NCBI RefSeq assembly: GCF_964188315.1
Contig: NC_135659.1
Coordinates: 21,266,001-21,330,000 of the forward strand
Direction of reading: 5' to 3'
Origin: Podarcis muralis
Taxonomy: Eukaryota
DNA: 64,000 nt
The notes below the pieces were generated by a model. It saw only the letters and a list, made by a program, of their open reading frames with translations, was not told the origin of the DNA and searched no databases. Positions within the stretch are counted from its first letter, which is position 1, and every line of letters begins with the position of its first letter. A program made the translations under genes and the position numbers. Shown here piece after piece: positions 47,104 through 60,265 of this stretch.

Positions 47104-47775
47104 TACTTTTCTCTTTGTCTGTATCAACCTTCAGAGACATGGGAGAGCATTTGAGAGACTGACTTATAGCACTATGATCATTAGTGCTCATTGAAATCTC
47201 ATTGCATTCAAGGAAATCAGAGGATCATGGCTAGTTGTGAGAAATTCTTTCCTGTACATTTTGACACCTCTTAAGATAATGTAACCAAATTTTGCATGGC
47301 AGTTCCTGAGTCCTAAGAGCAGGTTTTTCTATGTTACTTCCTCTTGAAATCAGTGAGGCTTAAATTTAAAACTCCTGTTTAAAACTTACCTTTAAAACAT
47401 TTACATTTTGATCTCAAGTATGTTGAGGTTGATGCTGCTCTTTTAAATGGGTGATTAAACCATCTATGGCTTTTAAACTGTGGAGGTGGGGTAATGTTAT
47501 GATGTTATGTATTTTTCGTGTTTTTATGTTGTAAGGTGCCTGTGAGCCTTGGATAAATGATGGTATAGAAATTTAATAAATTATTACGAAATAATAAAAA
47601 TAGTTAACAATAAAAAATAAAATTTAGCCTATGGGGATTGAGTATGCATAATTGGTATTTTTAAATATTTTAAAGCAATACATATATGTTTAACTTTAAG
47701 CAAAACTAGATGTGCACTCACACGCAAGTCATGGATATTTTACTGTCACCTGTTGAAATATTTTTCTTTCTACAG

Positions 47776-47883
47776 ATATCAAGCCAGCAAATGTATTCAT
47801 TACAGCTACGGGAGTAGTAAAACTTGGTGACCTTGGATTGGGAAGGTTTTTCAGCTCTAAAACCACGGCTGCTCATTCTTTAG
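47776..47883 (+). CDS. NEK7: NEK7 exon 7 ([36 protein letters not shown])
   Basis: ctacag|ATATC ... TTTAG|gtcaga; 108 nt, phase 1-1; catalytic loop, DLG motif and activation loop. Confidence 0.98.
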
Positions 47884-49761
47884 GTCAGAGAGATTTCCTT
47901 GATTGTAAAATGATGTATGTTCACACCAGTAAATGGCCCTCCCCGCCCCACATGAATTACTGGAAGGGTCAGCAAGAGGAAGTGGCCCTGCAGAGGATGA
48001 CACTCATTTCAGGGACTGAAATCCTGGACGTTGTCAGTCAAGTGAGGCATTCCCATGGAATCATAGCAGATGATGATGATGTGGTGGTTTTTGAGGTTTC
48101 TTGCAGCCACTGTGTAAACAGTTCCCATATGGAAGAGGTGGCTCATAACAACCCCGGGCCACAGCACCCTACAACTTTTACATTGAGGACTCGGGTGGGC
48201 CCCAAGAAGGACTCTCCTATTTTATTTTAGATTGCATAGTAGCAATCTGAATTTGGAAATGCAAGTAAGAACCTCAGGCTGCTTCTTCCTTGCAGGTTAC
48301 CCTACTTTTGTTTCGTACAGCGTTCCCTCTTTTCCTTCCCTTTAGAGTGGTGGACTTCTGGGGGTGACAGACCTGCAGTGGATTCCTCTTGATCATAGAG
48401 CAGAGAGTTTATGTCGGATACATTTTACAATTTACCTCTAATTGGCATTGGCGTATTGCAAAAGTCCAGCAGAAAAAGATAATAAGAACGGGCATTCAGA
48501 GCTATGTTCAAGATCCGACTAGTACAGCCAATGCTCTTGAAAAAGCTCACAAGCAGAGTTAAATAGTGAAATTTCATTTCTAGTTATTGTAGCCAACAAC
48601 TACTGATAGACCTTTCCCCATTGGATGTTTTGAAGAGCTAGCATAACTTGCCTTTAAAGGGTACTATGCTAGTAGCCTTCACAAGATCCATTCTTGTGGC
48701 AACGAACTCCATGGTTAATTATGCAGTGGATGGAGAAAGGTTTGCTTTTACTTTTACCTGGCATCACCCAGGTTTGGTATATGGCCTTCCCACACCCTCT
48801 GGTATTCAAAGAAGAGTGACAGAAAGCACATTTGGAAAAAAACTAAGTTGTCTTCTTTGTTAAACTTGCCTCAGTAGGACGTATCAGCTCCTCCCCGCTC
48901 CCGCCCCATTTATTGTGTGAAGTCAGAAGGTTCTTATTTAAATGCTTCAGTCTGTATTATAGTTAAAGTGTTAGAATAGGCTAAACTCTGCAGAATTCAA
49001 GCATTTGTTCTTCTTTCCCCCTGTCATCAATCTTTCACACTCATCTCAACCCCCTAATGTAACAGCAGGTTTCTGAGAACTACTGGTTAAAGGAACTTTT
49101 GCTTTTGGTAAACTACAAACCTCCAAGCCTTAGTGCTTGCAGCTGCCCCCTGTAGAGTCTGCAAATTCTTTCTCCACCAATTCCTCACCCTGTAAGCAGC
49201 AGCTATGTAGCCTGTTACAAGCCAGATCTGCTATTAGTATTGTTATTGTGAAGCAAATTGTGTCATTGGAGGTTGTATCATAAACACAGCAACAACTGTG
49301 ACTTTATCAGCAGATCAGTTTTCGGTAGTCTTTTCCAGCTCAAATCACTATCAAAAAAGTTAATTTTAAGAATGCTGCAGTTTTATCATGCTAAATTGCA
49401 GTGTCATTTAAATTTCTCAGTTTCTTTTTGACACAGCATCAGAACCTCCTGGAATATGAAAGCCCATAAAATGGCCCAGGGGCCTGTCTACACATTACAG
49501 TCTTTTTACACTGCTGCGCGTGGCAACTCTTGCCACTTTGTGAAGTGTTTGGATCAGCAAACAGATAAAGCTGGGTTTTTTTTCATCACACCAGATCATC
49601 CTGCTAGATGCTTTTAGCTTTTTGGGACAAGCAGCCCTGGAACACAAATGAGGAGTTTCCGCATATGAGTGGCTTGCCATGTGGAAATGCAGGGTGGCTT
49701 AAAAGGAGATCTATACCCATGCCCTGAAATGTAAACTAGCCCTACGTGCCAATATTGTTTT

Positions 49762-49852
49762 AGGATATAGTCCTACATATGCTTACTGGGGAGTAAGCCC
49801 CATTGAACTCAATGAGACTTTCTTTTGAGAGGGCATTCATAGAATGGTGTTG
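49762..49852. mobile_element. About 90-bp palindromic MITE-like repeat, degenerate
   Basis: agtcctacatatgcttactggggagtaagccccattgaactcaatgagactttc; same family as 43102. Confidence 0.5.
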
Positions 49853-49914
49853 TTCATACATTTTTAGGAAGTATGCAAACAAACTTTTAAGGGGCCTAGA
49901 ACCATGACTTCATT

Positions 49915-49956
49915 AACACACACACACACACACACACACACCGAGAGAGAGAGAGA
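49915..49956. repeat. (CA)n(GA)n compound microsatellite
   Basis: Read directly. Confidence 0.9.
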
Positions 49957-50217
49957 TAGTTAGTTAGTTTTAGAACATTTATCCATAACCTACGAAACCT
50001 TTGAATTTCTAATCCGCTTTTGAGCTTTGCTGTTCTAGTCTTGTCTTAAGGCTCATCCACACTTCTGCATGTCTCGTGCCTAGAAAGTGGTTTTCTGACT
50101 GTCCTGTGCTTTCTAGGCACATGTCCGAGGCAATTTGCCTTTGTCCCGCCACTTTCCCCTGGAAAATCCAGTTGTTATTCTTCCCCTTACCGTTCCTGTC
50201 AATACTTGTTACTCTTA

Positions 50218-50305
50218 CAGTGCAATCCTATGTGTGTTTACTCAGAAGTAGGATCCACTGTGTTCAGTGGGGCATACTCACTTGAAAATGTGTTTGATTG
50301 CAGCC
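50218..50305. mobile_element. About 90-bp palindromic MITE-like repeat, followed by (TTA)n at 50307-50335
   Basis: cagtgcaatcctatgtgtgtttactcagaagtaggatccactgtgttcagtggggcatactc..gattgcagcc. Confidence 0.55.
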
Positions 50306-50653
50306 CTTATTATTATTATTATTATTATTATTATTGAAATGCCCCATACTTGAATGATAGAAAGCAGATGAATTGAAAAATACTTCTGTTGTTCCAGCAG
50401 GGATGGGATACTGAAAAATATTACAAGAGACTGGAAATTCATAACATTAATATTGATTTATATAAAGGTCTGAATTGCTAAATCACTTCCTGATATTTCT
50501 GCAAGTTTTATATCCATTTTTAAAAACATTTTATCATAGAAGTCGACTTTATAAAATAGGGCTAAGGTTGCCTGAAATGTATATTGCTTGAAAGCATTGT
50601 GATGAAGCTTTAAGTGTTCATTTTTTAAAATTGTATTTTCATATTGGTTGCAG

Positions 50654-50748
50654 TGGGAACACCTTATTACATGTCTCCAGAGAGAATCCATGAAAATGGG
50701 TACAACTTCAAATCAGACATTTGGTCTCTAGGATGTCTCTTGTATGAG
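50654..50748 (+). CDS. NEK7: NEK7 exon 8 ([32 protein letters not shown])
   Basis: ttgcag|TGGGA ... TATGAG|gtaata; 95 nt, phase 1-0. Confidence 0.98.
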
Positions 50749-51785
50749 GTAATACTTTTAAAACTTGTACACCTTACTTATTGGTGAGTGATGTTTTCAA
50801 AAGTCTTTCTGTATCTGTCTTAAGATCCCGCTATTCATTTTTACATCCATTAACCACTTGGTGATAAAGTAGCATTAAGCGAAAGTGTAGAAACTTAACC
50901 TTTTATTGCTGAGCATGATAAAATTTACATACATTCCTCAATCCTGAATGAATCTGTTGCAGAATTTTGCCATAAATTTCAGCCCAGAATGGTTCACCTC
51001 CTGAATTAGAAATGATCTATTCTTGGCACTGCATCCTTAGACTTGCACACATTCCATAGCATAGCTAGCTGTGAACAGAAACCTGCCCACCATATCCAGT
51101 GAACACACTAAGGTTGTAGTAGAACTAACACTGCTTATACCAGCCTACCTTTTTAAATCAGTGTAAAAAAATTCTGCTAAAAACTGAACCTTTAAAATAT
51201 TGCATTCTCAAAAGTTGCTGATCATTTCTGGTTAAGATTGGTGGGTGCAATGGGGAACAGGGGTTCCTGTACCTTTTAAGAGTTGCATAAGGAGCTGTCA
51301 AAATGTTTGCAGTTATTAAAGCCACAAAATTACTGTCAGATTAATTGATATATCTGGTAAGCATACCTCCTAAAAGATAAGCAGGAAAATAACACTATGA
51401 GCAGGTATTCATTCAATCATTCACTCATGCACATGATAATTACGGTGCCAACCTGTCCTGTGGCTTAATACTAATTATACCGGAATCAACAAGATAACCA
51501 AGTTGAACCAAATCCTTCAGGACATGCACAGCTGCTCCTAAGGTTCTCCCACTGTGCTTTACAACTTCTACCCAAATGCTCTCCAGAGAGGCCCTCCCAG
51601 CTCAAAAGCATCCAGGTGAAGTAACAAACCACCTGCCTCCATGATTCAGCAGAACTCACTAAAGCTATCCATCAGGATAAACACCTGCTAATGCAGAATT
51701 GGGATTTTGTGAATTGTCTCTTTATATCCATGGCAAACATTAGTGTTTTCTTTGTAACCAACTCAGTGCCCCTTCTAACCATATA

Positions 51786-52045
51786 CCGTATTTTTCGCTC
51801 TATAAGACGCACCAGACCATAAGACGCACCTGGTTTTTGGAGGAGGAAAACAAGAAGAAAAAAAAATCTGAATCTCAGAAGCCAGAACAACAAGAGCGAT
51901 CGCTGTGCAGCGAAAGCAGCAATCCCTCTTGTTGTTCTGGCTTCTGGGATAGCTCCACAGCCTGCATTCGCTCCATAAGACGCACACACATTTCCCCTTA
52001 TTTTTTAGGAGGGGAAAAGTGAGTCTTATAGAGCAAAAAATATGG
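51786..52045. mobile_element. Tc2-like MITE copy
   Basis: TA-CCGTATTTTTCGCTCTATAAGACGCAC ... GTCTTATAGAGCAAAAAATATGG-TA; central hairpin present. Confidence 0.9.
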
Positions 52046-53767
52046 TAAACAATGGCTACCTCAAGTACCTTTTGAGATTTGAATTTTTCATACTGGGGCT
52101 TGGGTGTTTTCACATAAAAAAAACCCCCAGTATTAGGCCCCTGCTCTTCGTGGGGAACCACTCAATACTGATTTAGCAGCACCCATAGGGAACCTACTGG
52201 ATGCTCAAAGAAATGGCATCCTCTGTGCAACTTACTGGCAGCTTACTCTGGTGTGATTCTTTTAGTAGTAAGAATGTTAAGAAAACATATTGCACACTCA
52301 CATATTTTTGATTTTAATTTCTGATCCAAAATGTGCCTCAGTTTTTGAAATGGAAAGCTGTATGATTTGGTTTGGAATTCAAAAGCCTTTTCTGGCTGTC
52401 TAGAATGGAATTTAATGTAGATTTTAAAATATTTATCAAAATAATGTATTCTAATCAAATAAAAGCCTCATGGAATAATTCCTTTAGACATTTATGTGGA
52501 TCGGGATAGGGATTTTGTGAACCCCTGTTTTCCCTTATGCTTCCTGTTATAAAATTGTGACCTTTAATGAAATTAACAACTGCAGTTTGTATTGACAGTA
52601 CTTTCATTGCTTTTTTCATTTCTCATTGCAGTGTGTTGATTGTTTTGTTTTGTATTACTGCAGATAGTTAGGATATAATTAGTGAGGTCATGTTATGAAG
52701 GATGGCAATAGGTTGATAATAAGCTTCAAGTTTTAGTGAAATCACTCCTCAGATTTATTGATTTAGCAAGAGGATCCTTGCTACATAGGGGAGTATATAC
52801 AAATGTTGTGCTGGTATCCAAACAGGTGCAAATGTTAAGATCCATGATCATAAGATCTGTCCTTCTTCTCTTAAAAATTAATCCACAATCCAATTTTATT
52901 TGGCTGTCAACAGATTTTACTCACTTGAAATTCATTCAGCCGTTGAATGGAATAATCCAGTGCTTCCAATTATTTGTAATAAGGATGCTATTTGTAATAA
53001 TTATTTGTAATAAGAATGGCTAACCCACAAAACAGTTAATCCAGAGCTGTTTAATTTTAGCCAGTTTACTTCTATTACCATCAATGGGACTGATAAAGTA
53101 TGAGTATTTCAGTTCAACAATTCTCTGAAATTGAATTTTTTTTTACCTGTCTAACATAAAACGCCCTTTAAAATGTTTGAATTACTTCCATGTTTGGGGC
53201 ATTTGTTCATGTTTATCTTCAGATTAAAGATAGGGAAACTGTTCATGAAATCTCCATAAAGGTCCAAGTGACTATGCTTCACTAGTTAATTTGTGGCAGT
53301 TGATTGGATTTTCAGCTAAACCTAATGTTTGGTTTATTTTCTGTTTCTGGCTGCTGTACGGCGGATCACTTACAGTTTAATAACAATTACTGACTTTCCT
53401 TATTACGAAGATTTTTTTCTTCCAAGGTTCATTTTACAACAGGAAAATTATACTTTCAAATATGCCTGAGATATAATTTTTTTAAAAATAATAATTAAAT
53501 AACCACCCCAAAACACACTCTAATCACTGCGGTTTTAATTGATATGCAACAAAGTAGACTTTACTAATTAAAATCAAGATGCCATGCTTTTGCTACATGG
53601 ACCTTTACATGGAAAAGTAGGTTTTACACATTTCCTTTATTGTTCAGTGCAGCAATTGCATCCTTACAGGGTCGTAGGTTGGTGGCTTACAGCTCCCCCC
53701 CAAAAAAAGAGTGGGAGAGAGAGAGAGAGCGTGCACGTTGCCACCAGCCCTGAAGACAGACAGTGGG

Positions 53768-54748
53768 NNNNNNNNNNNNNNNNNNNNNNNNNNNNNNNNN
53801 NNNNNNNNNNNNNNNNNNNNNNNNNNNNNNNNNNNNNNNNNNNNNNNNNNNNNNNNNNNNNNNNNNNNNNNNNNNNNNNNNNNNNNNNNNNNNNNNNNNN
53901 NNNNNNNNNNNNNNNNNNNNNNNNNNNNNNNNNNNNNNNNNNNNNNNNNNNNNNNNNNNNNNNNNNNNNNNNNNNNNNNNNNNNNNNNNNNNNNNNNNNN
54001 NNNNNNNNNNNNNNNNNNNNNNNNNNNNNNNNNNNNNNNNNNNTTTTAACTCCTTAGGGGACATTCAGCTTTTCTTTCTTTCTTTCCCCCCCCTTTTTTT
54101 TAACACTCTGCAGCATTCAAACAAGAGTACTTTTTAATGAACACCTAGCGTACCAACACACAGGATCTCTGCATTTATTTTGAATTTCCTGCATTTCGTG
54201 CAGGTTCTGCTGTTGGAATTCCTGGCTTTGGTTTTGCGCATAAAGGGGGCAAAAAACGCTGCATGAATTACCTTGTTTCAAGATTTAATATTATGGGGCC
54301 GGTACAGTTTGCAAACCGCTTTTCTTGAGAGCCTTAATCCCTTTGCTCTTAGGGGTTTTAAAAAGAGAATGCAATATTTATGGTATCCAATTAGTGCACG
54401 CACAGCTGTAATGGATTTTGAGATCCTTGCTGTAAAATCCTTGCCTTCATGTCCATTTTGGAAGATTCCTTGCCAAAGTCTCCTTTATCAATAATGCTGC
54501 GGCTAATATTTTGCAGCTTTCTTTTGGTTGCGAAGGAGTTAAATGTTCTATCNNNNNNNNNNNNNNNNNNNNNNNNNNNNNNNNNNNNNNNNNNNNNNNN
54601 NNNNNNNNNNNNNNNNNNNNNNNNNNNNNNNNNNNNNNNNNNNNNNNNNNNNNNNNNNNNNNNNNNNNNNNNNNNNNNNNNNNNNNNNNNNNNNNNNNNN
54701 NNNNNNNNNNNNNNNNNNNNNNNNNNNNNNNNNNNNNNNNNNNNNNNN
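53768..54748. other. Two gaps (N 53768-54043 and 54553-54748) flanking a CpG-retaining unique segment
   Basis: N runs seen directly. Confidence 0.97.
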
Positions 54749-55976
54749 AAGCAGTGCTCACACCGCTGCGGTTCAGAGATTTAAAGCGTTTGGAAGGCAG
54801 TACGAACATTTTTTTTTAAATAAAAAAAAATCCCTGTAAAGTTAGCAATCCCACCACAATATTTGTTTGCCTTTGTAAAGTCGGGCTATCTTCAAATAAA
54901 CATTAGGTGCACTAATGATATTTTAAAGTTCTTACTTTAAAGGTTCCTTGCCAAAAGATAATGGTAAAATTCTAAATGTACATGAAACCAGAATTATGCC
55001 TGCAACATAGCATGCTTGTGGGGATTTGTATTCATATTAAATCAAGTGTTGATGCATGTATCAACTTGCATTTCTGCTTCCAGCATATGTGTTTGGGGTT
55101 TGGTATGCACAGAGGACAGAAGCTGCAGTTCTGCACCAAATTTCATCCTGCTGAAACCAGTTTTGAATAAAAATTGCTTTCTTACCTTAAATTTAGAAAT
55201 TACATTTTAAAGAACTAAGCAGATAGTGAAATGGCAAATTCCAAAAAGCCAAATGGTAACAAAGAGAGTAGTATATGCGTAAAAAGCAAAAGGGTTAAAG
55301 TTTCTGAAACCAGCCAAAAGATTAGACTCAGGATAGATTTTAGCATTATCCTCACAATCGCCAGAGACTGTATCCTTTGGGTAATGGCCATAGTTCAGTA
55401 GTAAGGCATCTACTTTGCATGCAAATGGTCTCAGATTAAGCCCTTAGCATAACCAGGTAGGGATGGGAAAGTCTGTTGTCTGAAGTTCTGAAGGGCTGCT
55501 ACCTGTCAGTGCAGACAACATTCAGTTAGATAGACCAGCAGCCTGATGTAGTATAAGGCAGCTTCCTTCCCAGATTGATGAGTTTTCCAGGGTCTACAAA
55601 AGCAATTGGGAGTTCAAGCAAAACATGGATGACTCAACTTATTTCAGTGTGGTCTTACTCACCCATGGTGGTGTCCTCTGCAAACTGGAACTTGCACAAA
55701 GTTCCCAAAAAGAAGGTGGGCTCCAAATGGAAATAAATAGTTTACAAAAGTACTTTATGGCTTTGCAGACTACGCAGCAATATTTCATTCTTTAAAGCAT
55801 AGGGGATCATTTAGGAGGAATATGGTCAGGATCCAAAGAACAGTTTAGCTGTACTCATGGGATCCCCCAGTGGGATTTTAAACATTTTTCAGCCATCATA
55901 CCATATCACAAATTGGTTTTGAAAACCCTATCTGTTTCAGAATTAGTTTTCCTTTTTCTGTGGTGGTGGAGGTGGT

Positions 55977-56000
55977 GGGTGGGTGGGTGGGTGGGGAGGG
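55977..56000 (+). repeat. (GGGT)n G-quadruplex-forming tract
   Basis: gggtgggtgggtgggtggggaggg: six G3+ runs with 1-nt loops on the sense strand. Confidence 0.8.
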
Positions 56001-56451
56001 CAGTGTGCTATTTGAAAAATGCAAGCCTAGAGCAGAACTTGTTGCACAGTTCTTTTAGATTCTGGTCAGAATTCTCATTTTAAAATTAGATCTTTATTTT
56101 TATGGCGAGTCCTACAAAGTCGGTATTGGTAAATAATAATCTGGTTTCAGAAAGACATGTCAGTTAAATATATAAACAGACTGTAACATTACAGAAACTA
56201 GCTTCACTTGCATTAGGCACACATCCTTCAAAAACAAATGAAAAACAAATATAATGAAATTAAGGGCAGTGAAGATCACAAGAAGTTGACGTAACATGTT
56301 TTCCATTTAAAAATTAAACTGGACATTTCGAAACAAAAAGAAGTTCCTTGAAAATATACTTATTTCTCCTAACCACACACACAAAATAAAAATTAAAAAT
56401 CACAAAAAAAAAAATCCAAGATACATTTTATTTTGTTTTAATTCCACACAG

Positions 56452-56565
56452 ATGGCTGCACTGCAGAGTCCATTCTATGGTGACAAAATGAACCTGTATT
56501 CCTTATGTAAAAAGATTGAACAATGTGACTATCCACCTCTTCCATCAGATCACTACTCAGAAGAG
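56452..56565 (+). CDS. NEK7: NEK7 exon 9 ([38 protein letters not shown])
   Basis: cacacag|ATGGCT ... GAAGAG|gtaagt; 114 nt, phase 0-0. Confidence 0.98.
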
Positions 56566-58451
56566 GTAAGTAGCACCACTCTCTGTGGTATATTTGAAGG
56601 TAGAGGTATGAGTATTTGATGAATATTGAATAGTGCCTTTTTTTAAAAAAAAAAGTTTCCAGTTTATACTGGGATCTGGGTATGTTCTTGCATAAGCTAT
56701 GCTTGAGAACGTCTTCATGACCTTCTTGTTTGTATTGTGGGCTCAACAGTGTGCCAGGTTTTTTCCTTGATCCCTGAATATGCTTCCTCAAGAGAATGGT
56801 GTGCTTTCAACACTGTGGCAGGTTTGAAGCTGAACTTTTCACATGCAGAAGAGTCGAAGGAGATGGCTGTAAGGCAATACATAATACTTTAGAGCGGTCC
56901 TGTCTCCTCCTTCTAATACAAGAGATTAAAATTTGAATGATGCTGTCTAGGAGAAACCACTCACAGTGGATGCAGAAAACCCAAACCCTTAATACCATCT
57001 GCTTCGGTTGGCTACAAATGAACAGCAGGGTTTTCTTTTATTCACCTGTATTGGTATTATCTTGTGCTAGCAAGTGCCTTCTGAATTCATCTTCCTTTGG
57101 TGTTCTCATGAGAACTAATCACCCTTCTGATAACTTCATGGAGGAATGAGGTTCCTCACCAGTTCACCTGCCAACATAGATGTGGTCCAAAAGGTATTCT
57201 CATGTCATAGCCATGTTTCCCCTGAACCCCATAAAGGATGCGTGTATTCATTATTGTAGGAATAATACCTGCACAGGCTTAGTCCCCATGCATGGATCAC
57301 CCTAAAGCCATATAGATTACCATAAAGCATAATGTGAGTTTCTCATTCCTGACCGAAACTTTCCTGTCAAGGAAAGTCAAGGAGCTTAAGCTCAGAGCTC
57401 ATGTCCCTTTACCAAGAGAAGGTGCTGGGCATGGAATGGGAACCCTGTATATCCCTTCCATTCTCTATGTGTACACATCTTTGTATACCTGTAGAAAACA
57501 CAGGGTTCCAGTCTGTGATACAGAGGCTTCTCTGCATTCGCAGAAGAGGACCATGCACTGAGAGTCAAGGATTAAGGCCGTATTGCTGTTCCCATAGTGG
57601 TGAACTTGTGCTACTGATAATTCGTTTTGATTTAGATGGTGAGGATTGCAAAATACTGATTAGCAGCAAAAGCATATGTAAAACACATTCTTGCTAACTA
57701 ATACAAGAAGACAGAGGAAGAACATACATTTCTTCAGTATATGAAAAAGTGTGTGTATGCTTGTGTGTGCGTAATTCTTTTATCTTGTAATGAAATACTC
57801 TCAAAGTTTGAACTAGGTAAGATAATAGCAGCTGCAAGCCAACAAAGAGGCTACAGTAACTTATTCTAGTTCAATGTACATGAATTAAAGATTATGTTGA
57901 AATGCACATAAATGTCCTCTCTGAAATATGTTTTGTAAGTATTAAAGCTTTGCGCTGCTTACAGAATGGGGAGTAACTTGTAATTCAAAACCTTGAATCC
58001 TCTTGCTTTCAAGATTTTGATTATTAATAAAAGATTGCAGTCCAGGAATTTTTGGTCTTTTAAACATTCTTTGTCATATATAGTATGACAATTTGTATTT
58101 TTATTATAGTGACAATTGGAACACAGAGCGGGTTTTTTGTTGTGTTTTTAGAAAGATGATTAGAATTACTTTTTGAGGTGGAGATTTACCACCCATTAAT
58201 TTGCGAAACCTTTCCTTAATGTAGCCTTCCCAATTAACTCTTTTTTTCCAGTGGCCATTTTTAATTATTACGTTTTTGTGGAATATAAATATGGCACTTC
58301 GTATAGGCAACTTCAGAACCGGAGGCCTAGAAATACAGTAGGGTGTGAACAATAATGCAAAATGATAGCAAGAATGTCAGGGGCCGTTCTTTGTTGTGTC
58401 ATTCATGCTGTCTTCCTTTTTCCACGAAGCGCATGAATATTTCACGTATCT

Positions 58452-58719
58452 NNNNNNNNNNNNNNNNNNNNNNNNNNNNNNNNNNNNNNNNNNNNNNNNN
58501 NNNNNNNNNNNNNNNNNNNNNNNNNNNNNNNNNNNNNNNNNNNNNNNNNNNNNNNNNNNNNNNNNNNNNNNNNNNNNNNNNNNNNNNNNNNNNNNNNNNN
58601 NNNNNNNNNNNNNNNNNNNNNNNNNNNNNNNNNNNNNNNNNNNNNNNNNNNNNNNNNNNNNNNNNNNNNNNNNNNNNNNNNNNNNNNNNNNNNNNNNNNN
58701 NNNNNNNNNNNNNNNNNNN
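58452..58719. other. Assembly/masking gap (268 N)
   Basis: N run seen directly. Confidence 0.97.
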
Positions 58720-60265
58720 GGTCTTGGTACTGGGAAAGAGAAATAAGATTCCACCTTCTTCTTCTTTTTATTAACTTAGTTTGCATAGTTCCAGCTTAGG
58801 AAGGGGTGGGTGGAATCACACACACACACACCACAACACAACAACAACAACCATGTTGTATATTTTCCCCATGCACAAACAGGGAGATTTACATTAACAC
58901 CCTTTAAAAAAAAACCATTTATCCACCTGACAGCACTAAAGAGAGCAAATTGTGCTGTTCCATTAATAAATAATTTCTTAAGAAAAGAAGTGGCCTTCGG
59001 AGCAGAAGGTGTTGCTTTGAACCGATTGTCCCTTAAAAATCACATGTGGTATAAAACATTTTTTTATGAAATATATTTTAAGATTTTTCTCTCTGCTTCT
59101 AGTAATAGAGTTTTAATTGTGAAAGTCTTGTATCGAACTGCAGAGGAGGAAATAGGCTAAAGTGTGTCTGCCAGACTGCAGCAGCAGCATCCTAAAGACT
59201 TCTCAAAAATTTAGACTTCAAACCCGTTATCCAGGTTGAAAAGTGCACTTGGCTGAGCTGCTGAGTTCAGGGATCACTGAACAACGAAATCCGCTTGAAT
59301 TTTTTATGCGAATAAATTTTATGAAGGAATAAAATTACTTTGCATCAGCTTCTGTCTGCTTTCACAGAAGAACATTTAAAAAAGAAATAAACCCTTTAAC
59401 CACAAAATAGTACTCTTAAGATCAGTTTCTAAAACAGATACACTTTTTCCTTTCATTTTGGCAGTGAAATCATCAGTTGCTTTTGTTTTTTCTGGGTTTT
59501 GAATCCGATGTGTGTGCTTGTGTTAATACAAACCCATTTGGTCTACTAGCACCCTTCTTCACATGCCATGGCAGTGCACACTGTTTGCATACTCAGTTTT
59601 GGCAATGCTACCTCCTTCCTTCTCTGAACTCCTTCCTGCCAAAAGTTCGGCTGGTTCCTTAAATCCATCAGGCTGACAACTACTTTTTATTTTATTTTAT
59701 TTTTGAGTGGTTGGGAATGCTCCTAGGCCTTCCATAACAACAAAGCTGCTGAATCAAAAGGATGGAGAGGTCTCATTTCAGTATATTGAAGCTTATCTAA
59801 TTGCCACAAAGGTTTCAAAATCTGCAAATTGCTTTTTGATTTTGTTCTTTGCTTTCATTGAATTTATTGGGGGGGGGACATATTGGGGGGGAACCCAGTC
59901 TTTTCTTACAAATCAATGTGTTCTGAGCACTAATTTGAAACATCCCTTTTCTACAATCCTAGTAAGACATATTCCAAAGCTAGCTTTGACTGCAACAAAT
60001 AAATATATAGATACAATGAAAAAACCCTACCCTAGATACTAATGAGAATTCCACTTGCAGAAGAGTCTGCCAGGGTTGCCTTTGGGACCCTTTCCTTTTT
60101 ATTTTCTCTATCAATGATGATGTGGAAGAATTTGATGGCAGTGAGATTGTTTTACCCAAAGTTTACAGTTCTCTTTTATGTTGTGCTGTTCTTATTTTAT
60201 CCTTTACATTGACCACGTGGCTTTCGCAATGTGGAACTTGGCAGGTGCCTTTAAATTCCTTCGGA

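Larger units (their letters stand above)
13609..56565 (+). other. NEK7: NEK7 gene body (partial: exon 2 to penultimate exon; exon 1 and last coding exon outside window)
   Basis: Eight spliced exons join in frame to 266 aa (MDEQSQGMPGPPVPQFQPQKALRPDMGYNTLANFRIEKKIGRGQFSEVY...[13 protein letters not shown]), near-identical to human NEK7 as I recall it. GRGQFS loop, VALKK (K63), Y97, HRDIKPAN, DLG, S195 and GTPYYMSPE all fall at the expected positions. Confidence 0.98.

Noticed and set aside
47838-48230. 130-aa ORF beginning in NEK7 exon 7 and running about 115 codons into intron 7
   Set aside because: It is read-through past a canonical donor; the intronic part resembles no protein I recognise and I see no nearby poly(A) signal, so a chance open frame is the simplest explanation.
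54046-54542. TTAA-CTCCTT ... AAGGAG-TTAA suggesting a piggyBac-like MITE
   Set aside because: The inverted repeat is only 6 bp beyond TTAA; 10-bp IRs at this spacing are expected by chance in 64 kb.
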